Shown: piece after piece, positions 12,136 through 24,494 of the stretch | Position numbering within the stretch: the first letter of the stretch is position 1 | Layout of the letters: each line of letters opens with the position of its first letter | Source of the DNA: Centroscyllium fabricii | Taxonomy: Eukaryota | DNA length: 64,000 nt | Direction of reading: 5' to 3' | Assembly: GCA_051313645.2 (NCBI GenBank) | Contig: JBNRSN020000021.1 | Span: 8,804,001 to 8,868,000, forward strand | Made by a program: the position numbers and the translations under genes | The notes under the pieces: generated by a model | The model's input: the letters and a program-made list of their open reading frames with translations, nothing else | What the model was told of the DNA's origin: nothing | Databases searched by the model: none

Positions 12136-12645
12136 CTTGCCTTGGAGGCGGTGCAACAAAGGTTCACTAGATTGATCCCTGGGATGAGAGGGCTGTCCTA
12201 GGATGAGAGATTGTGTAGAATGGGCCGATACTCTCTGGAGTTTAGAAGAATGAGAGGTGATCTCATTGAAACATACAAGATTCTGAAGGGATTGACAGGT
12301 TAGATGCTGAGAGGTTGTTACCCCTGGCTGGAGTGTCTAGAACCAGGGGGCACAGTCTCAGGATAAGGGGTCGGCCATTTAAGACTGAGATGAGGAGGAA
12401 TATCTTCACTCAGAGGGTTGTGAATCTTTGGAATTCTCTGCCCCAGAGGGCTGTGGATGCTGAGTCTTTGAGGATATTCAAGGCTGAGATTGATAGGTTT
12501 TTGGACTCTAGGACAATCAAGGGACATGGCGATCGGGCGGGAAAGTGGAGTTGAGGTTGATGATCAGCCATGATCTTATTGAATGGCGGAGCAGGCTCGA
12601 GGGGCCGTGTGGCCGACTCCTGCTCCTAATTCTTATGTTCTTATG
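12136..12645 (+). mobile_element. CR1 family B 3' end
   Basis: ALEAVQQRFTRLIPG..FTQRVVNLWNSLPQRAV..GDRAGKWS plus tail. Confidence 0.9.
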
Positions 12646-12994
12646 CTGGTGTTTATCCGCCACACAAGCCTCTTCATCAAACCCTATCAACAACAACTTG
12701 TCCCGCTCTTACTTCTTATGTTCTAATGGGAAAGCATGAAGGAGAGGAAAAAATTCAGCGCCCGTCAAATCCCAGTCACGATGGGTCGAGTGGCCTCCTT
12801 CTGTGCCGTTTTTTTCTGATTTTGACAGTCCATGCATGGCCACTTCAAGCATGGGTTTCCACTCCTCCACACACTCCCACCCAAGAAATCTCATCCAACC
12901 CCCCATGTTCATCCACCAGATCATTTTACGCCTCTGAAACCCTTGGCGTGTATCGAGCTAAATCTTTTTTTTAAAAGGCAGCAACTGAGAAATA

Positions 12995-13484
12995 CAGGTA
13001 GAGCACCGTTAATCCGTTACCCGAAACGCCGGCAACTTCAGTCGTCCGGTATAATTCGCCCCGACTGCCCCACGCATGTGCAAAATGACCGCCACGATCG
13101 ATGCTTTGGCGAATGATCTACGCATGCGCCGCCGAACGGCGAGCGCATGCGCAGATCATTCAAAACGGCCGCTGGAGGAGCCGGGCCTTCCGTGACGTCA
13201 GGGCGCGGCGGCTCGCGCCGCCTTTTGAATGTGCGGGTCCCAAGCGCCCGCCATGGTGAAGCGCGCGGTTCCCCGGAGCAGCCTGCAGACCGTCACGAGG
13301 AGGCACAAACCGCAGCTGAGACTCAGCAAGGACGTTCGGCGGCCATTTCCAATGTTGTGCGCATGCGCGTGGCCATTTTGAATGGTGCGCGCACGCGCAC
13401 TGGCCGGCTTCATTCTACCGTTTTTTTTCGCTCTACCGGCGTGGGCCTAGTCCCGCCCGTGCCGATATAACGGTGCTCAACCTG
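12995..13484. mobile_element. Tigger/pogo-like MITE, complete
   Basis: ta-caggtagagcaccgttaatc ... aacggtgctcaacctg-ta. Confidence 0.88.
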
Positions 13485-13492
13485 TAGTTGGA

Positions 13493-14050
13493 CAGCAAAA
13501 TACTGCGAATGCTGGAAATCTGAAATAAGAACAGAAAATGCTGGAGAAACTCAGCAGGCCCGGCAGCATCGGTGGAGAGAGAAACAGAGTCAAGGTTTCG
13601 GGTCGGGACCCTTTGTCAAGACTGAAGAAGCAAGAAAATGAACCAGATTAGAAGACCAGTAGGGGGCTGGGAGTGAACAAAGAGAAGAGAAGAGACATTA
13701 AGAGGTATTCAAAATGAGACGAGATGGTGATGGGGCTAATGGAGACAGAAGACGGCTGTAGATTAGATGTGAAATGCGTTGGCAGAATGGGAGACAGCGA
13801 CCATGTGGGAGAGATAAGAAACGGGGGGGGATGGCAAAAACAAAGGTGTGGATAAAAAATATGTAAAAATATAAAGGGGGCCGAGTTTACGATTTGAAAT
13901 TGTTGAACTCGATATTGAATCCGGAAGGATGTGAAGTGCTGAATTGGAAGATGAGGTGTTGTTCCTCGAGCTTACGCTGAGCTTCCGTGGAACAATGTAA
14001 TAATCCAAGGACAGAGAGATCAGAGTGGGAGTGGAGCGGAGAATAAATTG
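13493..14050 (-). mobile_element. PLE family 2 3' end (GIY-YIG C-terminus plus pLTR, degenerate hammerhead)
   Basis: reverse strand encodes ..EAQRKLEEQHLIFQF..GFNIEFNNF, as at 34760 and 59695. Confidence 0.8.
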
Positions 14051-14749
14051 AGAAAGAGTTAACGCAGCAATGTCTGGGGTGTCAAATCAGCCCTCCCTGG
14101 TCCCTAGGGCTCAGTGCATCACCACACAGAGTTCGTATTGCTTCATGTAGCATTACCCACTCTGGTTGGATGAATTGCTGGGAGGTTTCATCACCTCCAA
14201 TCGCCCCGCCCCTTCTCTCCATCTCTGATATTTTTTTAAACCAACAAAAAAAGTGTGCATTGCAAAGAAAATAACACTTCAAAAATCTCCGCAGCTCTAG
14301 CCAGCTTGAGAAGAAGCTGGCAAAACCATTTGCGCGCAGGCATACACTGTGCACACTGCTCACCAGACAACATTTGGCCAACATTCACACAAAGGGTAGC
14401 GAAAAATCAGGAACTCTCAGCCCTCCAAAAAGGTTGTTGAAGCTGTGAGTCAATTGAAAATTACAAAATTTGAGGTGAATAGATTTTTGTTAGGCAAGGG
14501 TATTAAAGGCTATTGAACCAAGGTGAGTAGATGGAGATATGATACAGATCAGCCATGATCTAATTGAATGACGGGACAGGCTCGAGGGGCTGAATGGCCT
14601 CCTCCAGTTCCTATGTCCTCTTGGGCTGTAATTGTATAGTGTACAATCTCTACCTCATTAGCTGCACCACAGAGTTCAATCATCACTTCATTGGCGACAG
14701 GTCCTACCTGTCAAAGAGCCCCCATCCTGCACTACCCTTAAAGAAAAGA

Positions 14750-16120
14750 ATGTACATAGGACATACAGCATAGAAACAGGCCATTCGGCCCAACCAATCC
14801 ATGCTGGCATTTATGCTCCTCTTGAGCCTCCTCCTGTCTTTCCTCATCTAAATCTATCAGCGTAACCCTCTATTACTTCTCTCTCATGGGCTTATCCAGC
14901 CTCCCCTTAAATGCATCGATACTATTTACTTCATCAACTCCCTGTGGGAGCGAGTTCCACATTCTCACCACACTTTGAGTAAAGTTTCTTCTGAATTCCC
15001 GATTGGATTTCTTGGTGCCTATCTTATATTAATGGCCTCGAGTTTTGCTCTTCCCCACAAGTATAAACACTTTCTCTGTATGTACTCCATCAAATCCTTC
15101 AATAATTTTGAAGACCTCAACAGGTCCAATTCGGACACCGTTAATCCGGAAACTTCAGTCGTCCGGAACGAACCCAGCCGACTGGTCTCGCTGCGCAAAA
15201 TGACCGCCGCACTTGGCTGCGCGAGCCCGGGCCTCTCCCCGACTGGTCTGCGCATGCGCAAAATGGCCACCGCGCTTGGCTGTGCATGCCCGGGCCTCCC
15301 CAAACGATTGATGCTTCGGCGAGCGCATGCGCAGACCATTCAAAATGGCCGCTGGCCTTCGCGGTGGCCATTTTAAATGGTCCGCGCATGCGCTCGCCAA
15401 AGCTTCACTCATTCGGCTTTTTCAGTAATCCGGCACGGGCCTGGTGCCAACCGTGCCGGAGTAACGGTGCTCACCTGTATCACCAAATACGAATTTTTTG
15501 TTTCGCAGAATTAAGCTCGAGATCATGTTTTGATCAAGTGCAGCCTCTCCCCGAACAATTGATGCTTCAGCAAGTGCATGCGCAGTCCATTCAAAATGGC
15601 TGGCGGCATGCGTGGCGGCCATTTTGAATGGTCTGCGCATGCGCTCACCGAAGCTTCAATTGTTCGGATTTTTCACTAGTCCCGCCGGTGCCGGATTAAC
15701 GGTGTCGGACCTGTATTAGGTCACCCCTCAGCCTTCCCAGCCTGTTCAACCTTTCCCTATAGGTACACCCTTACATCATCCTTGTAAATCTTTTTTGCAC
15801 CCACTCCAGTGCCTCTATATCCGTTTTATAATATGGCGACCAGAACTGTGCGCAGTACTCCAAGTGTGGTCTAACCAAGGTTCGATACAGGTTTAGCATA
15901 ACTTCCCTACTTCTCAATTCAACAGAAATAAACCCTAGTGCTTGGTTTTCTTTTTTTCATGGCCCGGGTAACCTGTGTCGCTACATTTAGTGATTTGTGT
16001 ATCTGTACTCCGAGATCCCTTTGCTCCTCTACCCCACTTAGATTCGTATTTTCCAAGTAATTTGTGACCTCCCTATTTTTCTTGCCAAAAATACCTCTCA
16101 TTTATCTGTGTTAAAATCTT
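14750..16120 (-). mobile_element. CR1 LINE fragment, interrupted by a MITE
   Basis: cagaactgtgcgcagtactccaagtgtggtct (RPHLEYCAQFW reversed); EEQRDLGVQIHKSL. Confidence 0.8.
15121..15713. mobile_element. Tigger-like MITE with an internal captured segment
   Basis: outer TIRs plus an extra internal right end at 15477 followed by 66 bp matching the flank of the MITE at 16339. Confidence 0.85.
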
Positions 16121-16338
16121 CCTGGCTCCAATCCAAGCAAAAGTGTGGGATTTTGCTGGAGTTAACAGTTTTCAGAATGTGCAATGCTTTAAAGTTCTTT
16201 TATTCACTTAATTGGAGCAACATTTGGGAAAGAAAAAGTCATGATATTTTAAAAGCTCGAATAGGCCTTAACTAAATACAAGCACTGTCGCTGTAGCATT
16301 GGCTCAGTAGCAATGTTTACTTTTTTTAAAATAAAATA

Positions 16339-16643
16339 CAGGTTGAGCACCGTTAATCCGGACAACGGTAATCCGCTAACTTCAGGCGTCCGGAACGAAT
16401 CCGGCCGACTGGTCTGCGCATGTGCGTAATGGCCGCCACGCTAGGCTGCGCATGCCCGGGCCTCCCCAAACGATTGATGCTTCGGCGAGCGCATGCGCAG
16501 ACCATTCAAAATGGCCACTGGCCTTCGCGGTGGCCATTTTAAATGGTCCGCGCATGCGCTCGCCAAAGCTTCACTCATTCGGCTTTTTCAGTAATCCGGC
16601 ACGGGCCTGGTCCCGACCGTGCCGGAGTAACGGTGCTCACCTG
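16339..16643. mobile_element. Tigger/pogo-like MITE, complete
   Basis: TIRs and TA duplication. Confidence 0.9.
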
Positions 16644-17011
16644 TATCAGCAAATACAAATTTTTTGTTTCGCAGAATTAAGCTCGAGATCATGTTTTGAT
16701 CAAGTGCAGAATCTGCGCTTCAGATTAAGTACTGTGACCAATGATGACATCATCACCGAGATGCAGATTTAATGACCATCGCCATGACCAGAAATGACAT
16801 CATAGCCAGATTAGCCAACTTCCTGTGCAGCCCATGATAACAAATTAAAATTTATAACTTTTTTTCGTGACCCACCAGGGGAATGACCATGTCCGACCAT
16901 CACGAGCTAATTACTGATGTGATCAGGTATCACACGGCAACAGCTACGTGATAAAGGATTTTCCACATGTCGCCCCCCCCACCCCCGCAGGCATAAAACC
17001 ACCCGATTATT

Positions 17012-18596
17012 GGGGTAAATTTTCAATGCGTCACGAGGCGGGCTTTTCAGCGAGGCGGGCCGCAAAATTGTTAAACCGGGGGGTCCCGACCCCCCCCCCC
17101 GCCCCCACACCCGCTGGATCCCCGCCGCTTTGCCATTTCCCGCCGCCCTGTCTCCCCGCCCAAAATCTTTCCCGCGGGGATGGCCGTTATCCTCATCAAG
17201 GGCCCTTAATTGTCATCTGTAATGCCATTTTAAGAGCCCTTAACGATTTTCAAGCATTTCCTACCCATAACCCGCCAGCTGCAAACCCCGCCGCTGAAAC
17301 CTAGCGGGGACACAATCGGATTACTGAGTCTCAGCAGCAGCTCCATCATAAGGTCTGACATTGAACCTGCCATGATCTGCAGGTGGCAGGATCTTATTTT
17401 TTCTGGCTGGGGGCAACATTTAGAAGTCCTAATCACACTTGTGGTAGTTTGGAGCCTCACACACATCTCCAGTGTGAACTCCTGGGAAACCCTTCTCGGC
17501 ACCTTCACTCAGCGCTTCCTCAGCGGAGGCATATGCCAAAAGCATGGAAGTCATTTAGGTTATGCCTTTCTGGGCATTAGATGAGCTCCCACACCAGCCG
17601 CGGCACCAGCAGTACCAGGAACAACAGCAGCAGCAGCAGCAGGAGCGCCAGGCTGCTGCTCACCCACCCACTCCTGCATCTGTTCCTGGAGTTCCAGCAC
17701 CGCCAATATTATGGATGGACCCAGAGGCAGAGGGTCGACATGCAGCTGAGCCCAGCTGGCAGAGTCCTGCACCCTCTGACTCGGACTCTCCACTGCTGTC
17801 CCTGTCTGGATACTTAGAAGGAGACAAAGATGGAGTGAGGTGGCAAGACCAAGGGCACTCCATATGTGTTGTCTATTGTGTTCAAAGCATCAGAGTGATA
17901 GGGAGTGTGAGGGATGCATGGTGGAATAGTTATGTGAATGGGAGCATAGAGAGAGAGGGAATGGGTAAGGGTGCATGGATGTGAGTGTCAAGTGGAATGT
18001 GGAGGAAGAGATTGCTGAAGCTGAGTGCTGGTGAAGAAAGACATTGGGGATCAGATTGAGGGTGATGGGAGTTCCATCCTCACTTTTCCAGTGGGCAGAA
18101 GGTCATGAAATCTCTTCCTGCACTGAATGCAGTTTCTGCGGGGTACTGATAATGAGTTGTCCTCCTCTGCCACCTGTATCCACACAGCCTGCTGGGGAGA
18201 CTTCTTCCTCCCTGAAGAAGGGAAGAGCACCACTTTATGAGCTCTTGCTCCCTCAACTGAAGCTTGCAGGGCCACATCATCGAACCTGGAAGCAGACCTA
18301 GGTCTCTCGATGGTCATTCTGCCTCCAGGTCCCTCTGGCATGAAAGGGCACAAGGTTGGCAGTCCGCAGCAGAAGCAAGGCTTGCTGTGGACCTGAAATG
18401 CACCAGCAACGATGACATCATATTGTGCGACTTTCTGACTGGAAATAGTCGATTGCCAAGGGTTCCCACACGCTGGAAATCAATTGGCCAATTGAGCCAA
18501 AATTGCATGGGGCTCCCAGGCCCTTAAAGATTCGTGTCAGAAACCTGACCCGTCGGAAACCAACTAATTCCCCACACCTCCGGGAAAATTTACCCC
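17012..18596. mobile_element. PIF/Harbinger-type element, internally deleted
   Basis: TIRs ggggtaaatttt / aaaatttacccc; subterminal similarity to MITEs at 35244 and 41661; Myb/SANT ORF inside. Confidence 0.8.
18051..18353 (-). pseudogene. Harbinger Myb/SANT-like DNA-binding protein remnant (NAIF1-like domain)
   Basis: RSASRFDDVALQASVE..VLFPSSGRK..AVWIQVAEE..RRNCIQCRKRFHDL; probable splice donor gtgagg near 18083. Confidence 0.75.
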
Positions 18597-18674
18597 TTAG
18601 TCTCCGAGTTGAAAATCTGCTGTCAGACCTAAACACGAGATTTCCTCTTTCCTTTTGTGGATGACCCAAAAAAA

Positions 18675-19000
18675 CGAAAGCACTTGTATTTATATAGCGC
18701 CTTTCGTCATGACCTCAGGATATCCCCCATGCGCTTTAGGACCAATAAAATACTTTTTGAAGTGTAGTCACTGTTGTAATGTAGGAAACACGGCAGCTGA
18801 TTTTGGCACAGCAAGCTCCCACATACAGCAATGTGCTAATGACCAGATTACCCTTTTTTTTCAAAAGTGATTGTTGGTTGAGGGGTAAATATTGGCCAGG
18901 GCACCAGGGGAGAACTCCCCTGTGCTTCTTCGACATAGCACCGCGGATTCTTTTATGTCCACCTGAGAGGGCAAAACGTTGGTTTAACGTCCTATCCAAA
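18675..19000 (-). mobile_element. DeuSINE 3' two-thirds
   Basis: atttatatagcgcctttc...gtgtagtcactgttgtaatgtagg...cacagcaagctccca. Confidence 0.82.
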
Positions 19001-19520
19001 AGTCTACCTTATTTAAACTTCTGAAAAATTAAATAGAAGCATCAGGGTTATTTGGCCCATCAAAGCTCCTCTCCCAACTTTTCTATCATAACAACCGACT
19101 GCACTTTGAATGAACCCAAATGTTTTTGATTACTTTGTTGCCTGGATGATTAATCCAAATACATCCCACTCTGAGCAAATACGACCACAAATGATATCTG
19201 TTTTCAATTTCCTGCTCATTAATTTGCATCTGCTGGTCCTGTTGCCCAAAGATCAGCCATGATCTCACTGAATGGCGGAGCAGGCTCGAAGGGCCGAATG
19301 GCCTACTCCTGCTCCTATCTTTATGTTTCTATGTTTCGATGTTTTGTCTCCAGGCAACAATCTGAGCTTTATCTCATCAAGTCCATGTACTATTAGCAAC
19401 TGAACAATGGAAACACCCCAACCACAAATGTAAGATGTGGAGGTGCCGGTGTTGGACTGGGGTGGACAAATGCAAGAAGTCACACAACACCAGCTTATAG
19501 TCCAACAGTTTTATTTGAAA

Positions 19521-19557
19521 TCACAAGCTTTCGGAGCGCTGCTCCTTCCTCAGGCGA
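19521..19557 (-). ncRNA. minimal hammerhead ribozyme
   Basis: ucgc-CUGAGGA-a-ggagc(agc)gcucc-GAAA-gc-UU-guga. Confidence 0.75.
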
Positions 19558-20138
19558 AAGAGAAGTTCATCCAAAGACAGCAGATATACAAGGGAGAGAG
19601 AAATCTAATCTCTCCAACATCTCACTTCAGCAGAGAGACAAACAGAGCAGACAAAGGTGTTTTAACATATTTTAACATATTAATCAGGCATCAGTCTGAG
19701 ATCAATGAGGCACAGTCACAAAGGGTCAAATGTTGCAGTCCTGTGTCTGTGTGAAAACACACAGAATGATTTAAAAAAAAGGATTTTCCTCACAAGACAA
19801 AGACGACTCTAGTCTGGATGACTGTACGTCATTGGCTTCATGTCACGCTACATGTGACCCTGCCTGACGTAGAGTCATCCAGACTAGAGTTGTCTTTGTC
19901 TTGTAAGGAAAATCCTTTTTTTTTAATCATTCTGTGTGTTTTTGCACAGACACAGGACTGCAACATTTGACCCTTTGTGACTGTGCCTCATTGATCTCAG
20001 ACTGATGCCTGATTAATATGTTAAAATATGTTAAAACACCTTTGTCTGCTCTGTTTGTCTCTCTGCTGAAGTGAGATGTGGGAGAGATTAGATTTCTCTC
20101 TCCCTTGTATTTGTGCTGTCTTTGAATCAACTTCTCTT

Positions 20139-20175
20139 TCACCTGACGAAGGAGCAGCACTCCGAAAGCTTGTGA
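20139..20175 (+). ncRNA. minimal hammerhead ribozyme
   Basis: ucac-CUGACGA-a-ggag(cagca)cucc-GAAA-gc-UU-guga. Confidence 0.78.
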
Positions 20176-20277
20176 TTTCAAATAAAACTGTCGGACTATA
20201 ACCTGGTGTTGTGTGACTTCTTACAATTGTAAGAAGTCACACAACACCAGCTTGTAGTCCAACAGCTTTATTTGAAA

Positions 20278-20314
20278 TCACAAGCTTTCAGAGCATTGCT
20301 CCTTCATCAGGTGT
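20278..20314 (-). ncRNA. minimal hammerhead ribozyme
   Basis: acac-CUGAUGA-a-ggagc(aau)gcucu-GAAA-gc-UU-guga. Confidence 0.7.
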
Positions 20315-20470
20315 AAGAGAGATGCATATAAACACAGCATATATAGACGGAGAACAATGTAATCTTTCCAACTGACCTACATCACACCTCAGCAGAGAGA
20401 CATTCATAGCAATCAAAGGTGTGAATGGTGTTTAAACAGATCAGTCAGTCAGGCAGGCACCACCTTAGGA

Positions 20471-21142
20471 AGACACACCCCCATCTTCATCCAAAGGGCT
20501 GAGGTGGAAAGGGTGTCCAGCTTCAAGTTCATCGGGGTCCACATCTCGGAAGATCTCTCCTGGTCACTAAACACCTCCTCTCTGGTTAAAAAGGCCCAAC
20601 AGCGCCTGTACTTCCTAAGGAAGCTGAAGAAAGCCAGGCTGTCATCCGGCATCCTCTCCAACTTCTACAGCTGCACAATAGAAAGCATACTGACAAGCTG
20701 CATCACAGTCTGGTATGGTAATTGCACTATCTCGGACCGGAAAACCCTGCAGCGGGTAGTCAAAACTGCCCAACGAATTACCGGTACACAGCTACCGTCA
20801 ATGGAAAGCATCTACCTCAAACGCTGCTTACGGAGGTCTCTGAACATTATTAAAGACCCCACACACCCCAGCCACAGTCTGTTCACCCCACTGCCCTCCG
20901 GGAGATGCTACAGATCAATTCGCACCCGCACGATTAGATTTCAGAACAGCTTCTTCCCCAGGGCTGTCAGCCTCCTGAACTCTAAAAAGAAACTCCGGTA
21001 CCTGCACACCTGATAATGTACTTTACTGTATGCAATTTGCATGTAATTTATTTGCACTACTCTCGGGAGCGTCGAGTCTTCGTCTCGTTGTATTGTACTA
21101 GTACTCTGCAATGACAATAAAACTTGAATTGAATTGAATTGA
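20471..21142 (+). mobile_element. Rex1/Babar-type LINE 3' part nested in the PLE
   Basis: ERVSSFKFIGVHISEDLSWS..KAQQRLYFLRKL..IESILTSCITVWYG..SFFPRAV; end aatgacaataaa..(ttgaa)n; aggaa on both sides. Confidence 0.9.
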
Positions 21143-21266
21143 GGAAAGGACGTACAACACAGACTACGGTGAGAGACTCTGCCGTCATACCTCTTGCAAA
21201 CTCCTCAACCATCTCGTACACCAGGTCGACAGCAGACGCCGCAACTTCGAAACCAGGATAGAGTCC

Positions 21267-23657
21267 ATGTTCTCAGCCTGTGCTCAGGACACAGCAGACC
21301 AGCTACGAGACACCGCCAAACAGACGAGGCAACTGAACTACACTGCCTACATGCACACCAGGAACAGGAAGCTTGAGAAACTCGGCATCACCACCAGCAG
21401 CAACCAAGCCTCCCCCGGTACCACGGTTGAAACCACAGCGAAGCCCATCGTCAACTTGTCCGACCACACCCTTCAACCAGATGAAATCGAAGTTCTCAGC
21501 CGAAGGCTCAATTTCTGCCCCACCACCAAAATGGACCCCATCGGTCTCACAGCAGACACAGAGGAATTCATCAGGAGAATGAGGCTCCAGGAATTCTTCC
21601 ACAGATCCCAAGATGTCAGCAGCGAAACCAATGAGACAATCAATGATCCTGAACAGCAGACAGAGGGATCCGCAGTGCAGCAACCGAAGAAGAAAGAGTC
21701 AAATTGGACCCCTCCGGAGGGCCGCTGCCCTAAGCTTGACATGTATGCTCAAGCTGTCAGGAGATGCATCAATGCAAGATTCATCAGCTGCACTCACAAG
21801 ACAGTCCAGAATGTCAACCAAGCACAACGCAACATCATCCGCGCTCTCAAGACCAACCGCAACATCGTCATCAAACCGGCAGACAAAGGAGGAGCCATCG
21901 TCATACAGAACAGAATGGACTATTGCAAAGAAGCATACCAACAACTGGACAACCAGGAATACTACAGACAGTTACCTGTAGATCTAACCAAGGAACACAC
22001 CCGCCAACTCAACAGACTGATCAAGACCTTCGCTCCAGACTTTCAGAGCATCCTACGCGCCCTCATCCCACGTAATCCCCACGTGGGAGATTTCAACTGC
22101 CTCCCAAAGATACACAAAGCCAACACACCCAGATGCCCTATCGTATCAGGCAACGGAACCCTGTGTGAGAACCTCTCTGGATACATCGAGGGCATCCTGA
22201 AACCCATCGTATCGGGAACCCCCAGCTTTTGTCGCTACACTACAGACTTCTTACAGAAACTCAGCACCCACGGACCAGTCGAACCAGGAACACTCCTCGC
22301 CACGATGGACGTCTCAGCACTCTACACCAGTATCCCCCACGATGACAGCATCACTGCGACAGCCTCAGTACTCAACACCAACAACAGCCAATCTCCAGAC
22401 GCCATCCTACAACTCATCCACTTCATCCTTGACCACAATGTCTTCACCTTCGACAACCATTTTTTTACACAAACACACGGAACAGCCACGGGGACCAAAT
22501 TCGCACCCCAATACGCCAGCATCTTCATGCACAAGTTCGAGCAAAACTTCTTCACTGCACAGGACCTCCAACCAATGCTATACACCAGACACATCAATGA
22601 TATTTTCCTCCTGTGGACCCACGGCGAAGAATCACTGAAAAGACTACACGATAACATAAACAAGTTCCAGCCCACCATGAAATTCACCATGGACTACTCC
22701 TCAGAATCGGTTTCATTCTTGGACACACGAATCTCCATCAAAGACAGCTACCGTAAGCCCACGGACAACCTCACGATGCTCCACTACTCCAGCTTCCACC
22801 CTAACCACATTAAAGAAGCCATCCCCAATGGACAAGCCCTGCAAATACACAGGATCTGCTCAGATGAGGAGGAACGCGATGGACACTTACAGACACTGAA
22901 AGATGCCCTTGTAAGAACGGAACATGACACTCAACTCATCGATCGACAGTTCCGACGGGCCACAGTGAAAAATCGCATAGACCACCTCAGAAGACAAACA
23001 CGGGACACAACCAACAGAGTACCCTTTGTGGTCCAGTACTTCCCCGGAGCGGAGAAACTGTGCCATGTTCTTCGCAGCTTTCAACATGTCATCGATGATG
23101 ATGAACCCCTCGCTAAGGCCATCCCCACGCCTCCACTACTCGCCTTCAAACAGCCGCCTAACCTCAAACAGACCATCGTTCACAGCAAATTACCCAGCTT
23201 TCACGAGAATAGCGACCATGACACCACACAACCCTGCCACGGCAACCTCTGCAAGACGTGCCAGATCATCAGCACAGATACCATCATCACACGTGAGGAC
23301 ACCACACACCGGGTACATGGTGGTATGTACTCATGTGACTCGGCCAACGTTGTCTACCTCATTCGTTGTAGGAAAGGATGCCCCGGAGCATGGTGCATCG
23401 GCAAGACCATGCAGACAATATGATAACGGATGAATGGACACCGCACAACAATCGCCAGGCAGGGGTGTTCCCTTCTAGTCGGGGAACACTTCAGCAGTCA
23501 AGGACATTCAGCCTCCGATCTTCGGGTAAGCATTCTCCAAGGTGGCCTTCGAGACACAGGACAATGCAAAATTGTCGAGCAGAAACTGATAGCCAAGTTC
23601 CGCACTCATGAGCACGGCCTCAACCGTGATATTGGCTTCATGTCACGCTACATGTAA
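21267..23657 (+). pseudogene. PLE reverse transcriptase - GIY-YIG endonuclease, inactivated
   Basis: IKPADKGG, LPKIHK, MDVSALYTSIPH, GTKFAP, RHIND (degenerate RYIDD), CHGNLCKTC linker, VVYLIRC..CIGKT; in-frame TGA TAA at 23421-23426, then the same frame continues to GLNRD.. Confidence 0.92.
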
Positions 23658-24129
23658 CCCCATCTGACATAGAGTCATCCAGACTCGAGTCGTCTTTGGC
23701 TTGTCCTCACTACACAGATGCGGCTGTACCGACTGCGATTTCCAGCAAGAAAAATCTTTTTTTTTTAATTGTTCTGTGTGGGTTTTCACACAGACCCCAG
23801 ACTGTGCAATATTTGTCCTTTGTGACTCCACTTCATTGTTCCTAGGGTGGTGCCTGCCTGACTGACTAATCTGTTTTAACACCATTCACACCTTTGATTG
23901 CTATGAATGTCTCTCTGCCGAGGTGTGATGAAGGGCAGTTGGAAAGATTACATTGTTCTCCGTCTATATATGCTGTGTCTTTATGCATCTCTCTTACACC
24001 TAATGAAGGAGCAACGCTCCGAAAGCTTGTGATTTCAAATAAAACTGTTGGACTATAACCTGGTCTTGTGTGACTTCTTACATTTGTCCACCCCAGTCCA
24101 ACACAGGCACCTCCACATCACCCCAACTA

Positions 24130-24284
24130 CAGGTTGAGCACCGGTAATCCGGCGCCCGATGGTCCGGCGCCTTCAGTAGTCCGGTACGAATCGAAACCGG
24201 CGGTCTTCAGTTTGCGGAGCAGCCGCTCGGCGTCACTGTTCTACCCACGCGCTCTGGGCCCCGGGGAGTTTTCTACCCGCGCAC
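24130..24284. mobile_element. Tigger-like MITE, left part
   Basis: TIR and two minisatellite-like units; same subfamily as 37938. Confidence 0.8.
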
Positions 24285-24494
24285 CTTCTTTTCCCAACAA
24301 TGACGTTGGAAACATTGGCAAAGAAACCGGAGCTTCCCACTTGGGCCAAAACCTGCCATTGCCATCGGGAATTCAGAAGAAACTTCTCTACCCAGAGACT
24401 GGTGAGAATGTGGAACTCGCTACCACAGGGAGTGGTTGAAGCGAAAAGTATAGATGCATTTAAGGGGAGAAGGGATTAGAGGGTTACACTGAGA

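Larger units (their letters stand above)
19434..20226. mobile_element. fold-back PLE family 1 derivative (inverted pLTR pair)
   Basis: ~19470-19831 is the reverse complement of 19865-20226; the 33-bp loop matches the PLE ORF end at 23631. Confidence 0.9.
20227..24120 (+). mobile_element. Penelope-like retroelement (Neptune-like) with inverted 5' pLTR, ORF, 3' pLTR and tail
   Basis: 20228-20470 is the reverse complement of ~23839-24081; RT plus GIY-YIG ORF in between. Confidence 0.93.

Noticed and set aside
11336-12201. Three overlapping 232-279 aa ORFs
   Set aside because: Artefact of a stop-free 31-bp tandem unit
17562-17984. PolyQ protein ORF
   Set aside because: Short CAG tract inside a decayed Harbinger element
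21267-23423. Active or domesticated 718-aa RT
   Set aside because: Catalytic YIDD degenerated to HIND, and stops occur inside the endonuclease
23996-24032. Hammerhead in the 3' pLTR
   Set aside because: Core reads CUAAUGA; the conserved G is mutated, so probably inactive
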